DNA of 34,295 bases from the NCBI GenBank assembly GCA_964564665.1, contig CAZMBA010000016.1:1-34295 (forward strand), in the 5' to 3' direction. This document shows positions 1-9,805 of this stretch, piece after piece (within the stretch, counting starts at the first letter, position 1; each line of letters begins with the position of its first letter). Source of the stretch: an uncultured Candidatus Nitrosopelagicus sp. GTDB lineage: Archaea; Thermoproteota; Nitrososphaeria; Nitrososphaerales; Nitrosopumilaceae. The position numbers were made by a program, and so were the translations under genes. A model generated the notes under the pieces. That model was given only the letters and a program-made list of their open reading frames with translations, had not been told where the DNA came from and made no database searches.

Positions 1-1
1 T

Positions 2-613
2 GCAGGAGATCTTGGAATTGGTGATAACACTCCTGTAGTTGTTTATGATGACACATTTGGTGCATTATCATCTAGAATTGTATGGGCATTACAATACATC
101 GGTCACAATGATGTTAAGTTACTTGGTGTGACATTTTCACAGTGGAAGGATCTTGGTTTAGAGATTAGCACTGAGGTTCCAGAAATTGAGCAGTCCACCC
201 ATTCCATAAATATACGTCCAGAAATAATGGCCACTGTTGATTATCTTGAAAAAGTAAAGGATAAAGAAAATGTCGTGATAATTGATAATAGAGAGAGGCT
301 TAACTTTTTAGAACAGCATATTCCAGGTGCCATAAACATTCCATATAGAACATTGGCCACTGATGGAAAGATCATTAGAACAAAAGAAAGCATGCGAAAT
401 TTATTAAAAAACAGAGGAATATCAGAAGATGCAGAGATAATTACCTACTGTGGAAGTGTTGGGACTCTCTCCGGCCTTGCTTACTATGCTTTAAAATCAA
501 TTGGAATACCAAATGTCAAATTATACGTCCACTCGTTTAAAGAATGGAAAAGCCTTGAAAAACCAATTGACAAACAAGAGAATGCTAGTTATTGGGATCT
601 TTCTGGTGAATAA
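2..613 (+). CDS. Tandem-domain rhodanese/thiosulfate sulfurtransferase (5' truncated by window edge)
   Basis: Frame open from position 2 (AGDLGIGDNTPVVVYDD...), then IDNRE..F...HIPGAINIP and active-site loop YCGSVGT. Confidence 0.9.
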   Translation, partial: AGDLGIGDNTPVVVYDDTFGALSSRIVWALQYIGHNDVKLLGVTFSQWKDLGLEISTEVPEIEQSTHSINIRPEIMATVDYLEKVKDKENVVIIDNRERLNFLEQHIPGAINIPYRTLATDGKIIRTKESMRNLLKNRGISEDAEIITYCGSVGTLSGLAYYALKSIGIPNVKLYVHSFKEWKSLEKPIDKQENASYWDLSGE

Positions 614-617
614 GTAA

Positions 618-625
618 TTTATATA
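618..625 (+). promoter_or_regulatory. Putative TATA box for the 655 ORF
   Basis: TTTATATA about 30 nt upstream of ATG 655. Confidence 0.5.
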
Positions 626-654
626 CAATTTTTTTGACTCTAATTTATTCAAAA

Positions 655-861
655 ATGAAAGATATTAACGACATAATGCCAAAAATCCCTAACATGAAGT
701 GGGGTGCACTTCTGAACAAAAAACCATCGAGTAAAAAAGTGGAAGAATTAAACAATTTATTCCCACATAATGGCAAATGGCATACTGTTTTTGAGGAAAA
801 AGATGTTGCATACATTGATGGTATGCGCGTTTTTAAAAAGAATAAAGAGTCTTGGACTTAG
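655..861 (+). CDS. Small hypothetical protein
   Basis: ORF MKDINDIMPKIPNMKWGA...; ATG 655 preferred over TTG 634 because of TATA spacing. Confidence 0.7.
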   Translation: MKDINDIMPKIPNMKWGALLNKKPSSKKVEELNNLFPHNGKWHTVFEEKDVAYIDGMRVFKKNKESWT

Positions 862-1976
862 TTTTGCGGTACACTTGTTCTGAGTTTTTTTGTAACTTTT
901 ATTTCTAGATTTTCAAAGAATTCTAGCATCTTTCTTTTGTTATCTATAACAAAGTCTTTTCCTTTGTCATTAAGGCGAATTTTGTATAGTCTAATCTCTC
1001 TGTGTTCTTCCAAGAATTCCTCAATCATTTGTTCGCCACACTTTGTTGGGTCTATAAATGTCTCAAAACTTTCAATTGCTTTATCCACATCCTCTTGTTC
1101 AATTGATGATTTTGCAGCTTGTATTGCCATTCCAATCTCTTTTAGATTTTTTACTGGCGCAGCAAGTTTTTTTGAAGTTTTTGGACCAAGTAAGCCACGT
1201 TTCTTTTGACCAAGTTTCTTTGCAATTTCTGGTATTAGATCATATACATCAATCATTGCTCTCAAGTCCTGTCTTTTTTGGTTTTTCACAACAAGTCCTT
1301 TTAGTATCAACTCATTTAATGATTTTAAGGCATCTTCCTTACTCAAAAATGTGGTCCACACAATAGAGCCAATAGTATGATACCCCTGTCTTAAGGATTC
1401 TAAGACAACAACTTCAATTATATTTTTGAATCCTTCTTCTGCTCTTACATTGACAAAATCCTTGTCTTTAACTGCTTTTCTTGCATTTTTAACATCAATT
1501 TCAATAGAACGCTTTAGTGAATCGATTGCATCTGGAACTTGATTTAGCATTGAAAGGTAGCATGCCTTGTTATACCATGCCATGCCATATGTTGGATCAG
1601 AGTCAAGTGCCTTTTCAGCACAATCCAATGCTTTTGCATAATTTTTCTTTTCATAATTTACTAACGACTTTAGATTCCATGCTTCGGAATTTGTGACATC
1701 TATATCCAATACCCTATCATAAACTCTCATTGCTTCAGAGTAATCTTCCAGATGGAATCTTGAATATCCTAATTTTAGCATTGCGTCAACATCATTTGGA
1801 TTTGTTCTAAGAATCATCTCAAAACTCCGTGATGCTTCTTCTAATTTTTCATCAGCCATGTATAAAATGCCTTTTTTGAAAAGACGATTTCTTTGATAAT
1901 CCGCATCGGTTAACGATGTTTCCTCTCTAGTTTTAACTGAAGTTTCCGCTTTTTTTTCAACCTCATCTTTCTTCAT
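858..1976 (-). CDS. TPR-repeat protein with a probable central winged-helix segment
   Basis: Several TPRs (DAMLKLG, EAWNLKS, MAWYNKAC); following segment ending LNELILKGLVVK resembles a wHTH. Confidence 0.85.
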   Translation of the reverse strand: MKKDEVEKKAETSVKTREETSLTDADYQRNRLFKKGILYMADEKLEEASRSFEMILRTNPNDVDAMLKLGYSRFHLEDYSEAMRVYDRVLDIDVTNSEAWNLKSLVNYEKKNYAKALDCAEKALDSDPTYGMAWYNKACYLSMLNQVPDAIDSLKRSIEIDVKNARKAVKDKDFVNVRAEEGFKNIIEVVVLESLRQGYHTIGSIVWTTFLSKEDALKSLNELILKGLVVKNQKRQDLRAMIDVYDLIPEIAKKLGQKKRGLLGPKTSKKLAAPVKNLKEIGMAIQAAKSSIEQEDVDKAIESFETFIDPTKCGEQMIEEFLEEHREIRLYKIRLNDKGKDFVIDNKRKMLEFFENLEIKVTKKLRTSVPQN

Positions 1977-2084
1977 ATGCTTGAACTCTGATTTTTCTAG
2001 ATAAATAGTATTCTCAAGGTTTATGCCTAATTACAGGTTATAGTCGGAAATCTAAATAAATACCAGATAATAACAAAATCGACT

Positions 2085-3371
2085 ATGACTTCCTTTCTTA
2101 ATTTTACTGTAACTGGAGAATCACCATATCCTCAGAAAAGTGGTATCTTTGAAGTTCTCATTTCTATTACTGACGCAAAACCTTCATCCACTGAGATTGA
2201 GGAAAAGTCATTTTCTTCGATTTGGCAGGACAATTTCTCTCTTACTGTAAAAAATGGTGAATTTGAACAGACGTTAGGTTCTGAGGAAAACCCGCTCCCA
2301 GAATCAATTACAACTTTTACAAAATTATGGATTGTTGTCACTGATCAGTTTTCTCCTTTAGGATCATTGTTTGAATTTGAGGTTCCCAAATCTATGAAGA
2401 CAGAACCAAAACAAAAACCCAAAACAGATTTTCAAACTAAAACAATTAGAAGTTCTAGTAAATTAGGAACTAAAGGACTGTCAGGAGATAAGGGTCCAGC
2501 TGGCGACAAAGGTCCAGCAGGAGATAAAGGAGATAAAGGAGATAAAGGACCAACTGGAAACAAAGGCGCTACAGGGGATACAGGAGTTACTGGCGATAAA
2601 GGAGACAAGGGAGACAAAGGTACGCCAGGTCCACCAGGAGCTAAGGGTGATAAAGGCGAAAAAGGATTAACTGGAAATAAAGGAGATAAGGGTGATCAAG
2701 GTGCACGTGGGTCTGTAGGCGGAAAAGGTGAGACAGGCCAACAGGGACCAACAGGAGATAAAGGCCTAACTGGTTTACGTGGAGATAAAGGCGATAAAGG
2801 TCCAACAGGTCCACTTGGAATTCAAGGTGACAAAGGAGTTCCAGGCGCACAAGGTGAAAAAGGCGACAAAGGAATTACCGGTCCACCTGGAGACAAAGGT
2901 GCACCAGGTCCACAGGGTCCACAAGGTGAGAAAGGAAAAATTGGAATTACCGGACCTGGAGGAGATAAGGGTCCTAGAGGCCCACAAGGTCCACCCGGCG
3001 ATAAAGGTATTACTGGTCCACCAGGTCCAGCTGGTGACAGAGGTCCACAAGGTCCACAAGGTGACCAAGGTCCACAGGGATTAACAGGAGATAAGGGTCC
3101 TAGAGGCCCACAAGGAATACAAGGTCCACAAGGAGAACAGGGTCCACAAGGTTCTCCAGGCCCAGCTGGTGAAGCAGGTCCTAGAGGTCCACAAGGTCCA
3201 GTAGGCTCCGCAGGTCCTAGAGGTCCACCAGGTCCACCAGGCGAAAAAGGTCCAACAGGTGGAATGTCAGATGAACAGAAACAACTTTTCAAAGATATGT
3301 TAGAGATTCTTGTAAAAAAAGGAATTATCTCAGCAGAAGAGCAGATAGAATTACAGAGTCATTTATACTAG
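2085..3371 (+). CDS. Collagen-like protein (N-terminal beta domain, 88 Gly-X-Y triplets, short C-terminal helical domain)
   Basis: Uninterrupted G-X-Y run encoded at 2466-3257. Confidence 0.92.
   Translation: MTSFLNFTVTGESPYPQKSGIFEVLISITDAKPSSTEIEEKSFSSIWQDNFSLTVKNGEFEQTLGSEENPLPESITTFTKLWIVVTDQFSPLGSLFEFEVPKSMKTEPKQKPKTDFQTKTIRSSSKLGTKGLSGDKGPAGDKGPAGDKGDKGDKGPTGNKGATGDTGVTGDKGDKGDKGTPGPPGAKGDKGEKGLTGNKGDKGDQGARGSVGGKGETGQQGPTGDKGLTGLRGDKGDKGPTGPLGIQGDKGVPGAQGEKGDKGITGPPGDKGAPGPQGPQGEKGKIGITGPGGDKGPRGPQGPPGDKGITGPPGPAGDRGPQGPQGDQGPQGLTGDKGPRGPQGIQGPQGEQGPQGSPGPAGEAGPRGPQGPVGSAGPRGPPGPPGEKGPTGGMSDEQKQLFKDMLEILVKKGIISAEEQIELQSHLY
2466..3257 (+). repeat. Gly-X-Y coding repeat with 9-bp periodicity
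   Basis: 792 bp = 88 triplets; identical 30-bp stretch AGGAGATAAGGGTCCTAGAGGCCCACAAGG at 2960-2989 and 3086-3115. Confidence 0.9.
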
Positions 3372-4093
3372 TACAAACTCTCTGCAACTGTTCTGTATGG
3401 CTGAAGCCATCTCTCATGGTTACATTCTGTGCATTTGAATAACCATCTTCGTTTTCTTGTGACCACTTTTGGCATGACTATAACCTCATGTTTTGTCCTT
3501 ACCATGCAATAATCACACTGTCTGTCTTCAAATTGTTTTAGACGATTTTCATTTTCTAGCAAGTCTGCTAATTTCTTAAAATCTTTTTTTAACTCATCGA
3601 TAAGTTTCTGATTGTAAATTGTTGCAGCAGGATGAAATGTAACAAAAAATTTCTTTCCATCTTTTTCAATGATTTTACCATGATTTTTTGTAATTTCTTT
3701 TCCTCCAAGGAGTGTGCCATATGCAGTATTTCCCATGACGCAGATTATCTTTGGATTTATTATATCAATTTCTTGATTGATAAAATTACTGCAAGCCACC
3801 TCTTCATCTTTTGATGGGATTCTGTTTTTAGGGGGTCTGCATTTTACTATGTTTGTAATATAAACATCCTCTCTATTGATCCCCGTGTTTTCTAAAATAG
3901 AGTCTAATCTTTTTCCAGCTGCTCCTACAAATGGTTCTCCATGTGCATCTTCATTTCTGCCTGGGGCTTCGCCTACGAAAATTACATCTGCATCAAAATT
4001 ACCTTTTCCCGGAACTGCATTAGTCCTAGTTTCACATAATTTACAATTCGTACAACTCTGCACTTTTTTTGCAATTTTTTCTAATTGATTCAA
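3368..4093 (-). CDS. udg: Family-4 uracil-DNA glycosylase with C-terminal Zn-ribbon-like extension
   Basis: CTNCKLC Fe-S ligands, [18 protein letters not shown] motifs; tail CDYC...CTEC. Confidence 0.92.
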   Translation of the reverse strand: MNQLEKIAKKVQSCTNCKLCETRTNAVPGKGNFDADVIFVGEAPGRNEDAHGEPFVGAAGKRLDSILENTGINREDVYITNIVKCRPPKNRIPSKDEEVACSNFINQEIDIINPKIICVMGNTAYGTLLGGKEITKNHGKIIEKDGKKFFVTFHPAATIYNQKLIDELKKDFKKLADLLENENRLKQFEDRQCDYCMVRTKHEVIVMPKVVTRKRRWLFKCTECNHERWLQPYRTVAESLY

Positions 4094-4190
4094 TATGAAC
4101 TGTTCTAGTTACTAAATTATTAATCTAATATCTAATCAAAGTTTACTGCATAAAAGAATCACATAATAGAACCATCATCAAACAAGAATT

Positions 4191-5660
4191 ATGACTGATC
4201 TGCAAAATTTTGAATCAGAATTAGTTATAGACGAGCAAAAATCAGACGGTTTGGAATTCTTGAAGTTTTTTGATCCTACAACTATGAGTATTCATCTAAA
4301 AGAAAATCAAAAGCCACTTGGAAAAAAAGGAAAGCCTGGTAACTTTCAATTAGTAGAAATTGGAAACAAAACACTCGATAGAGACTATCTTGAGATATTA
4401 GTATCACAGATTCTTACATCAATAGACGATGAGACACTCGGTAACACAGAAATCTCAAAACCTGGAGCATTGGTAATACAATATAGGGACTACCGTATTG
4501 CAATTACAAGGCCACCATTCTCTGAACTTTTGGAAATTACAATTGTTCATCCGATTAAGCAGATGTCATTGGAAGACTATAATATTTCTGAAAAGTTAAT
4601 GTCTCGTTTAGCAAAACAGGCTGAAGGAATTTTAATATCAGGCGCTCCCGGTTCTGGTAAAAGTACATTAGCATCAGGAATTGCAAATTTTTACAATCGT
4701 AATGGAAAAATTGTTAAGACATTTGAATCACCACGTGATCTTCAGGTTGATTCTGGAATAACTCAATACACGAGATTAGATGGAAGTTTTGAGAACTCTG
4801 CAGATATCTTACTTTTGGTTAGACCAGATTACACTATATTCGATGAGGTAAGAAGAAGAGAAGACTTTAGAATTTTTAGTGATCTAAGATTAACAGGTGT
4901 TGGAATGGTTGGTGTGGTCCATGCAAACACACCGTTAGATGCAATTCAAAGATTTATTGGAAAAATTGAGCTTGGAATAATTCCAAGCATACTAGATACT
5001 GTTGTGTTTGTAAAAGACGGTGAAATTACTAAAATATACGAACTAGAATTCCATGTAAAAGTGCCATCAGGAATGGTTGAGCAGGATTTAGCAAGACCTG
5101 TAATTGATATTTGTGATTTTGAAACAGGGGAATTAGAATATGAAATCTATACTTTTGGTGAAGAAAATGTCATAATGCCAGTATCCAAAAAAAACCAAAA
5201 ACATGGAATAGAATTACTAGCGGAAAAAAAAATTGTTGACGTAATGAGGAGATTTGATCCAAAACCAAGAGTAGAATTTCTAAACGAATCAAGCATCAGA
5301 GTGTTTGTTTCTAAAGAATCAATTCCATCTATAATTGGAAGAAACGGTAGTACAATCAAAGATCTTGAAAATGAGCTCAGTCTACACATAGATGTCGAAG
5401 AGGCAGACTCAAACTCAGAAATTCCTAGCTATGGACTTCCATTTGATTTCTCTGAATCTAGAACTGCATTAGTACTAGATGTTGGTAGGGAGTACTCTGG
5501 AAACATGGCGGAAATTTTTGTCAATAAGGAGTTTTTATTTTCGTCCAAAATTGGCCGAAAAGGACATATTAAGATTCTAAAGCGTTCATCAGAAGGCAAA
5601 CTTTTCTCAAGAGTGGTTGGTTCAAAAAATGATATTGAGGTTTTCCTTAAAAATCGTTAA
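4191..5660 (+). CDS. PINA-type (VirB11/PilT-like) P-loop ATPase with C-terminal KH domain, no PIN domain
   Basis: Walker A GAPGSGKST, ESPRDLQV, RPDYTIFDEVR, GVVHA; KH motif IIGRNG. Confidence 0.85.
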   Translation: MTDLQNFESELVIDEQKSDGLEFLKFFDPTTMSIHLKENQKPLGKKGKPGNFQLVEIGNKTLDRDYLEILVSQILTSIDDETLGNTEISKPGALVIQYRDYRIAITRPPFSELLEITIVHPIKQMSLEDYNISEKLMSRLAKQAEGILISGAPGSGKSTLASGIANFYNRNGKIVKTFESPRDLQVDSGITQYTRLDGSFENSADILLLVRPDYTIFDEVRRREDFRIFSDLRLTGVGMVGVVHANTPLDAIQRFIGKIELGIIPSILDTVVFVKDGEITKIYELEFHVKVPSGMVEQDLARPVIDICDFETGELEYEIYTFGEENVIMPVSKKNQKHGIELLAEKKIVDVMRRFDPKPRVEFLNESSIRVFVSKESIPSIIGRNGSTIKDLENELSLHIDVEEADSNSEIPSYGLPFDFSESRTALVLDVGREYSGNMAEIFVNKEFLFSSKIGRKGHIKILKRSSEGKLFSRVVGSKNDIEVFLKNR

Positions 5661-6108
5661 AATCATTTCTAAACTTTGGGTTTGATTTTAGAAATGTAAT
5701 AAATTTTCTTAGCTGCTTAATTGTTTTTGGATTTAGGTGATGTTCAATACCCTCAGCGTCTTGATTGGCAACGTCTTTCCCTATTCCTAATATCTCAAAA
5801 AATTCTAAAAGTATGCCATGTTTCTGACGAATTGTTTGTGCTAGTTGATTTCCTTTCTTAGTCAGATTTATTCCATGATATTTTTCATATTCTAGATATC
5901 CGTTTTCATCTAAACGCTTCAACATCTTTGTAACACTTGGCGCACTTACATTCATGTATCTAGAAATATCTAGTGTTGTAGAATATCCTTTCATGTCAAC
6001 TAATTCAGATATGACTTCCAGATAATCCTCCATTCTTGTCGAGTCTGGCTTTTCAGATTTGTGAGCAGCTTTGATTGACTCTAACCTCTTTGATGATTTT
6101 TTGACCAA
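5647..6108 (-). CDS. DtxR/MntR-family metal-dependent transcriptional regulator
   Basis: MEDYLEVI, HTH VSAPSVTKML, AEGIEHHL metal site. Confidence 0.92.
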   Translation of the reverse strand: MVKKSSKRLESIKAAHKSEKPDSTRMEDYLEVISELVDMKGYSTTLDISRYMNVSAPSVTKMLKRLDENGYLEYEKYHGINLTKKGNQLAQTIRQKHGILLEFFEILGIGKDVANQDAEGIEHHLNPKTIKQLRKFITFLKSNPKFRNDFNDF

Positions 6109-6225
6109 CTTGTTTGCTCAGAACATTCTTTGATATAAATTGCAAATGTTTGTTATCAAATCTTGACACGAATGTGACTCATTTTGATCACTGAATTTTA
6201 ACTATTTTTTTCACAATTATATAGA

Positions 6226-6570
6226 ATGGTAGATACGTTAGATGAAAAACTAAAACGCATTAGGGCAATTGGTGAATCAGCAAGGCGACGTTCAAACCTT
6301 TATTCTGGAATATCAGGCTTGGATGATAAAAAAACCGCAGAATCTCTCGGTGCGCTCAATAGAGCATCAGCACCTGGAAAAAAGATGCAAAAACTTGGAT
6401 TTGTAATGCTATGGATTCCTGAACCAACTGGAGTTACATGTGCTGTAGGGGGCCCAATGATATTGGCTGGACGATATCTAGACAAAAAATACAATGGTGC
6501 CACACTGAAAGATATTGGCGAGCATACTAAAGAGACGCTCACATCAATTAACAGTTTCAAAACTGCATAA
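6226..6570 (+). CDS. Hypothetical protein with a hydrophobic hairpin (WIPEPTGV)
   Basis: 114-aa ORF with ATG start filling the gap between neighbours. Confidence 0.7.
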   Translation: MVDTLDEKLKRIRAIGESARRRSNLYSGISGLDDKKTAESLGALNRASAPGKKMQKLGFVMLWIPEPTGVTCAVGGPMILAGRYLDKKYNGATLKDIGEHTKETLTSINSFKTA

Positions 6571-6608
6571 CCATCTTAGTTTTTATCATGTTTGAATCAT
6601 AAAAATTC

Positions 6609-7103
6609 ATGCCAACACGACTTCAAGTTCTTATACCAATAGGTATAGCTGCGGTAATTGTTGGAATTGCTGGAGTAGTATCAATGCCATCTGAAGTTAA
6701 GCTTGAACAAGTAGATTTCCCAGTATGGACGATAAAACTGGATGAAAAATTTCTTAATGTACAGGTTGCTGATACAGAACCAAGGCAAATGCGTGGATTA
6801 ATGTTCCAAGAAACTTTACCATATGATCAAGGCATGCTGTTTGTTTTTGATGGACCTGGAGAAAGATCCATGTGGATGCTGAACATGCAATTTCATCTTG
6901 ACATGATCTGGTTTGATGAGAATGGAAACGTTATCCAAATTACTAAAAATGTTCCACCATGCAAAACACCACTTGAGGTGATGGCATGCGACACTGAACG
7001 TATTTCAGCTGATAACGTAAAGTACATTCTTGAAGTCACATCTGGATTTGTTGAAAAATTTAGTATTGATAATGAATCAAAGCTTTACATTGATTTGGGT
7101 TAA
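6609..7103 (+). CDS. DUF192 family membrane-anchored protein
   Basis: N-terminal TM; VADT..RGLMF..GMLFVF..MWMLNM..LDMIW..ILEV. Confidence 0.88.
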   Translation: MPTRLQVLIPIGIAAVIVGIAGVVSMPSEVKLEQVDFPVWTIKLDEKFLNVQVADTEPRQMRGLMFQETLPYDQGMLFVFDGPGERSMWMLNMQFHLDMIWFDENGNVIQITKNVPPCKTPLEVMACDTERISADNVKYILEVTSGFVEKFSIDNESKLYIDLG

Positions 7104-7111
7104 TTTAGATT

Positions 7112-7522
7112 ATGAAAGTAACAAAAATCTCTGCAATTACAATATTTGCAAAAAACATGAAGGACTCTTGCATGTTTTACTCTAAAATCCCAAAGTTTGA
7201 GATATCATACGGTGGACCAGATTCAAACTTTACCACGTTTAAAATCAGCCAATCACCAGATATGTATCTCAATATACAATCAGATTCAGGGAAGCAAGAA
7301 GCGGAGAAAGCAATGAGCTCAAGTAATTGGATTAGCCACCACAGAATTATTTTTCAAACAGAAGACGTGGACACATTATACTATTATTTGAGAAATGATG
7401 ACACTGTTTCCAATTTGGGTAAATTTGAGACTAAGCCTACAGACGCTGATTGGGGAGAAAGATACTTTCAAATGCGTGATCCAGATGGATATGAAATTGT
7501 GTTTGCCACTCCAATAGTCTAG
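7112..7522 (+). CDS. VOC/glyoxalase family protein
   Basis: FYSK near N-terminus; C-terminal WGERYFQMRDPDGYEI. Confidence 0.88.
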   Translation: MKVTKISAITIFAKNMKDSCMFYSKIPKFEISYGGPDSNFTTFKISQSPDMYLNIQSDSGKQEAEKAMSSSNWISHHRIIFQTEDVDTLYYYLRNDDTVSNLGKFETKPTDADWGERYFQMRDPDGYEIVFATPIV

Positions 7523-8805
7523 GGTTTTAATCTGTCAGGGTCTCTTGGGTATAGCACCACTTCCCGAACATTATCAATTCCAACTAAAACTGTCATTAGT
7601 CTATCCAATCCCATTCCCCAGCCAGAATGTGGCGGCATTCCCCAACCAAATGTTTTGATATGTTCTTCAAAGCTTACAGGATCTAGATCTTGTTCTTTTA
7701 ATCTAGTTTTTAGTTGCTCAGGATCATGTAGACGTCTACCACCAGAAGACAATTCCAAGTAACCGTACTGGAGGTCAAAAGAGCGTGAAATGGTTGGGTC
7801 ATCATCTTTTTCATGAATGTAAAATGGTTTGAGTTTCATTGGCCAATCAGTCAAAAAGAAAAATCCAGAATGCTTCTCTCCCAATATTCTTAGATGTGAA
7901 TCTAATAGGTCATCTCCAAATTCTAGTTTAGTATCTAATGAGTTTAATTCATCTAAGGCCTGGATATACGTAACTTTTTCAAACGGGTAATCTGGAATCT
8001 CAATCTTATTGCCAATCTCTTCTTGTTCTACTTTGCATTTTTCTGATGTGTTTTTGAATACATCTACAACAATTGATTCTAGAACATCCATAACATCAGT
8101 GTAGTCCATCATGGCAGCCTCAATATCGACACTTGTGAACTCACTAAGATGTCTTCCTGTGTGTGATTTTTCTGCCCTATAGAATGATGAAATCTCAAAC
8201 ACTCTCTCTAGCCCTATGGTCATTTGCTCTTTGTATAATTGTGGACTTTGTGCAAGATATGCTTTTTTTCCAAAATAATCTAAACTAAAAAGATTTGCGC
8301 CACCCTCACTAGCACTTCCGATAATCTTTGGCGTTGTAATCTCGATGAATTTTTTGTCAGTTAATGTTTCCCTGATTGATTCTAACACATGATGCCTTAG
8401 TTTGAATATAGATGCAGTTTTTTGGTTTCTCATATCAAGCGCCCGAGAATTTAGCCTGTTATCAATATCACTTTCAAGTCTGCCTATAGGGTCTATTGGA
8501 AGAGGGTATTCTGCCCTTGCAAGTATATCTATTGTAGTAGCTGCAATCTCAAAATCAAAGTCTTTTGCCTTACTTGATTGAATCTTACCAGCAATTCTGA
8601 CAACGCTTTGCCGGTTTAGTCCCTCAAGCAGATTCATTGATTCACCCTTTACTATAACTTGACACATTCCAGTGACATCACGAATTGTCAAAAATGCCAT
8701 TTTTCCAAGTTTACGGAGATCTACAACCCATCCACCAAAAAGCACATCTTGGCCTTCCATGGAAGCATTTAGATCTTCAATTAGGTGTGTTCTTGATATG
8801 TCCAT
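7519..8805 (-). CDS. aspS: Aspartate--tRNA ligase (archaeal type)
   Basis: OB fold GWV..LRKLG, LAQSPQLYK, motif 2 YRAEKSHTGRHLSEF, motif 3 GMGLDRL; start MDISRTH at 8805 avoids overlap with the divergent gene. Confidence 0.95.
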   Translation of the reverse strand: MDISRTHLIEDLNASMEGQDVLFGGWVVDLRKLGKMAFLTIRDVTGMCQVIVKGESMNLLEGLNRQSVVRIAGKIQSSKAKDFDFEIAATTIDILARAEYPLPIDPIGRLESDIDNRLNSRALDMRNQKTASIFKLRHHVLESIRETLTDKKFIEITTPKIIGSASEGGANLFSLDYFGKKAYLAQSPQLYKEQMTIGLERVFEISSFYRAEKSHTGRHLSEFTSVDIEAAMMDYTDVMDVLESIVVDVFKNTSEKCKVEQEEIGNKIEIPDYPFEKVTYIQALDELNSLDTKLEFGDDLLDSHLRILGEKHSGFFFLTDWPMKLKPFYIHEKDDDPTISRSFDLQYGYLELSSGGRRLHDPEQLKTRLKEQDLDPVSFEEHIKTFGWGMPPHSGWGMGLDRLMTVLVGIDNVREVVLYPRDPDRLKP

Positions 8806-8869
8806 GGTTAATGTGGATATTGTTTTACGTAAAAACTTAGTTACTCCACTTTGCAAACATAATTGATCC

Positions 8870-9805
8870 ATGACATTCATTTCGGTCGAAAATCTAACTA
8901 CTCATTATAACACATCAAAGGGAAAAGTTCATGCCTTAGATGATGTCAGTTTCTCATTAGGAAAAGGTGAGTCGATAGGAATTGCAGGAGAAAGTGCGTG
9001 CGGTAAAAGTACACTTGGACTATCATTAATCAGAATGATATCAAACGGAAAAATTGTATCTGGCAAAATAATTTTTGACGGCAAGTCATTTTTAGAAATA
9101 TCAGATTCAGAGTTTGATAAAAAACACAGATGGAAGGATATCACTATGGTGTTTCAGGGTGCCATGAATTCATTAGATCCGGTTTTTACTGTAAAAGAAC
9201 AATTTGTTGAAATTCTGAGCGAGCACGATTTCAAAGATAATTCTGAAAAAACAATTCGTGAGTCTTTATCATCTGTAAATCTTGAAGATAATATTCTACA
9301 AAAATACCCACATGAACTAAGTGGAGGAATGAAACAGCGTGTAATTATAGCAATGGCATTGTTACTAAAACCAAAATTTGTAATAGCTGATGAACCAACT
9401 ACTGCACTAGATGTTTTGATACAGGCTCAGATCATCAATCTGTTTAAGAGATTAAAAAAAGATGGAATGACCTTAATGTTAATTTCACATGATTTGGCTG
9501 TTTTATCTGAGGTTGCAGAAAAGATTGGAATAATGTATGGTGGAAAGATGGTGGAGTTCGGTAGCTCATCTGAGATTTTTGGAGATCCAAAACATCCTTA
9601 CACGATTGGTCTACTTGAATCCATACCACGTCTTCATGGAGATAAAAAACCAAAATTCATCAAAGGCACACCACCTGATTTACTAAACGCTGGAGAAGGA
9701 TGTAGATTCATAGACCGCTGCCCAGAGGCAATGGAAAAGTGTAAAGAAACACCACCCAAAATTACCACAGATTCTGGATATGTTTTGTGTTGGCTCTACG
9801 AATAG
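8870..9805 (+). CDS. Oligopeptide/dipeptide ABC transporter ATP-binding subunit (OppD/DppD-like)
   Basis: GESACGKST, LSGGMKQR, IADEPTTALD, HPYT..LL, C-terminal GCRF..RC. Confidence 0.92.
   Translation: MTFISVENLTTHYNTSKGKVHALDDVSFSLGKGESIGIAGESACGKSTLGLSLIRMISNGKIVSGKIIFDGKSFLEISDSEFDKKHRWKDITMVFQGAMNSLDPVFTVKEQFVEILSEHDFKDNSEKTIRESLSSVNLEDNILQKYPHELSGGMKQRVIIAMALLLKPKFVIADEPTTALDVLIQAQIINLFKRLKKDGMTLMLISHDLAVLSEVAEKIGIMYGGKMVEFGSSSEIFGDPKHPYTIGLLESIPRLHGDKKPKFIKGTPPDLLNAGEGCRFIDRCPEAMEKCKETPPKITTDSGYVLCWLYE

Noticed and set aside
165-173. TTAGCACTG and several GCACTA hexamers inside CDSs
   Set aside because: Imperfect and coding; the GCACTA hexamers often just encode Ala-Leu
2432-3292. Pro-rich antisense and alternative-frame ORFs over the collagen gene
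   Set aside because: Shadows of the GGN-rich 9-bp periodic sequence
2085-3371. Collagen gene as a provirus tail fibre
   Set aside because: No integrase, capsid, terminase or att sites nearby; flanks are cellular genes
8806-8880. N-terminal extension of aspS in the ORF track (likewise starts at 12567, 18828, 18857, 20164, 20562, 32588)
   Set aside because: Extensions overlap promoters or neighbouring genes; downstream starts fit family N-termini and TATA spacing better
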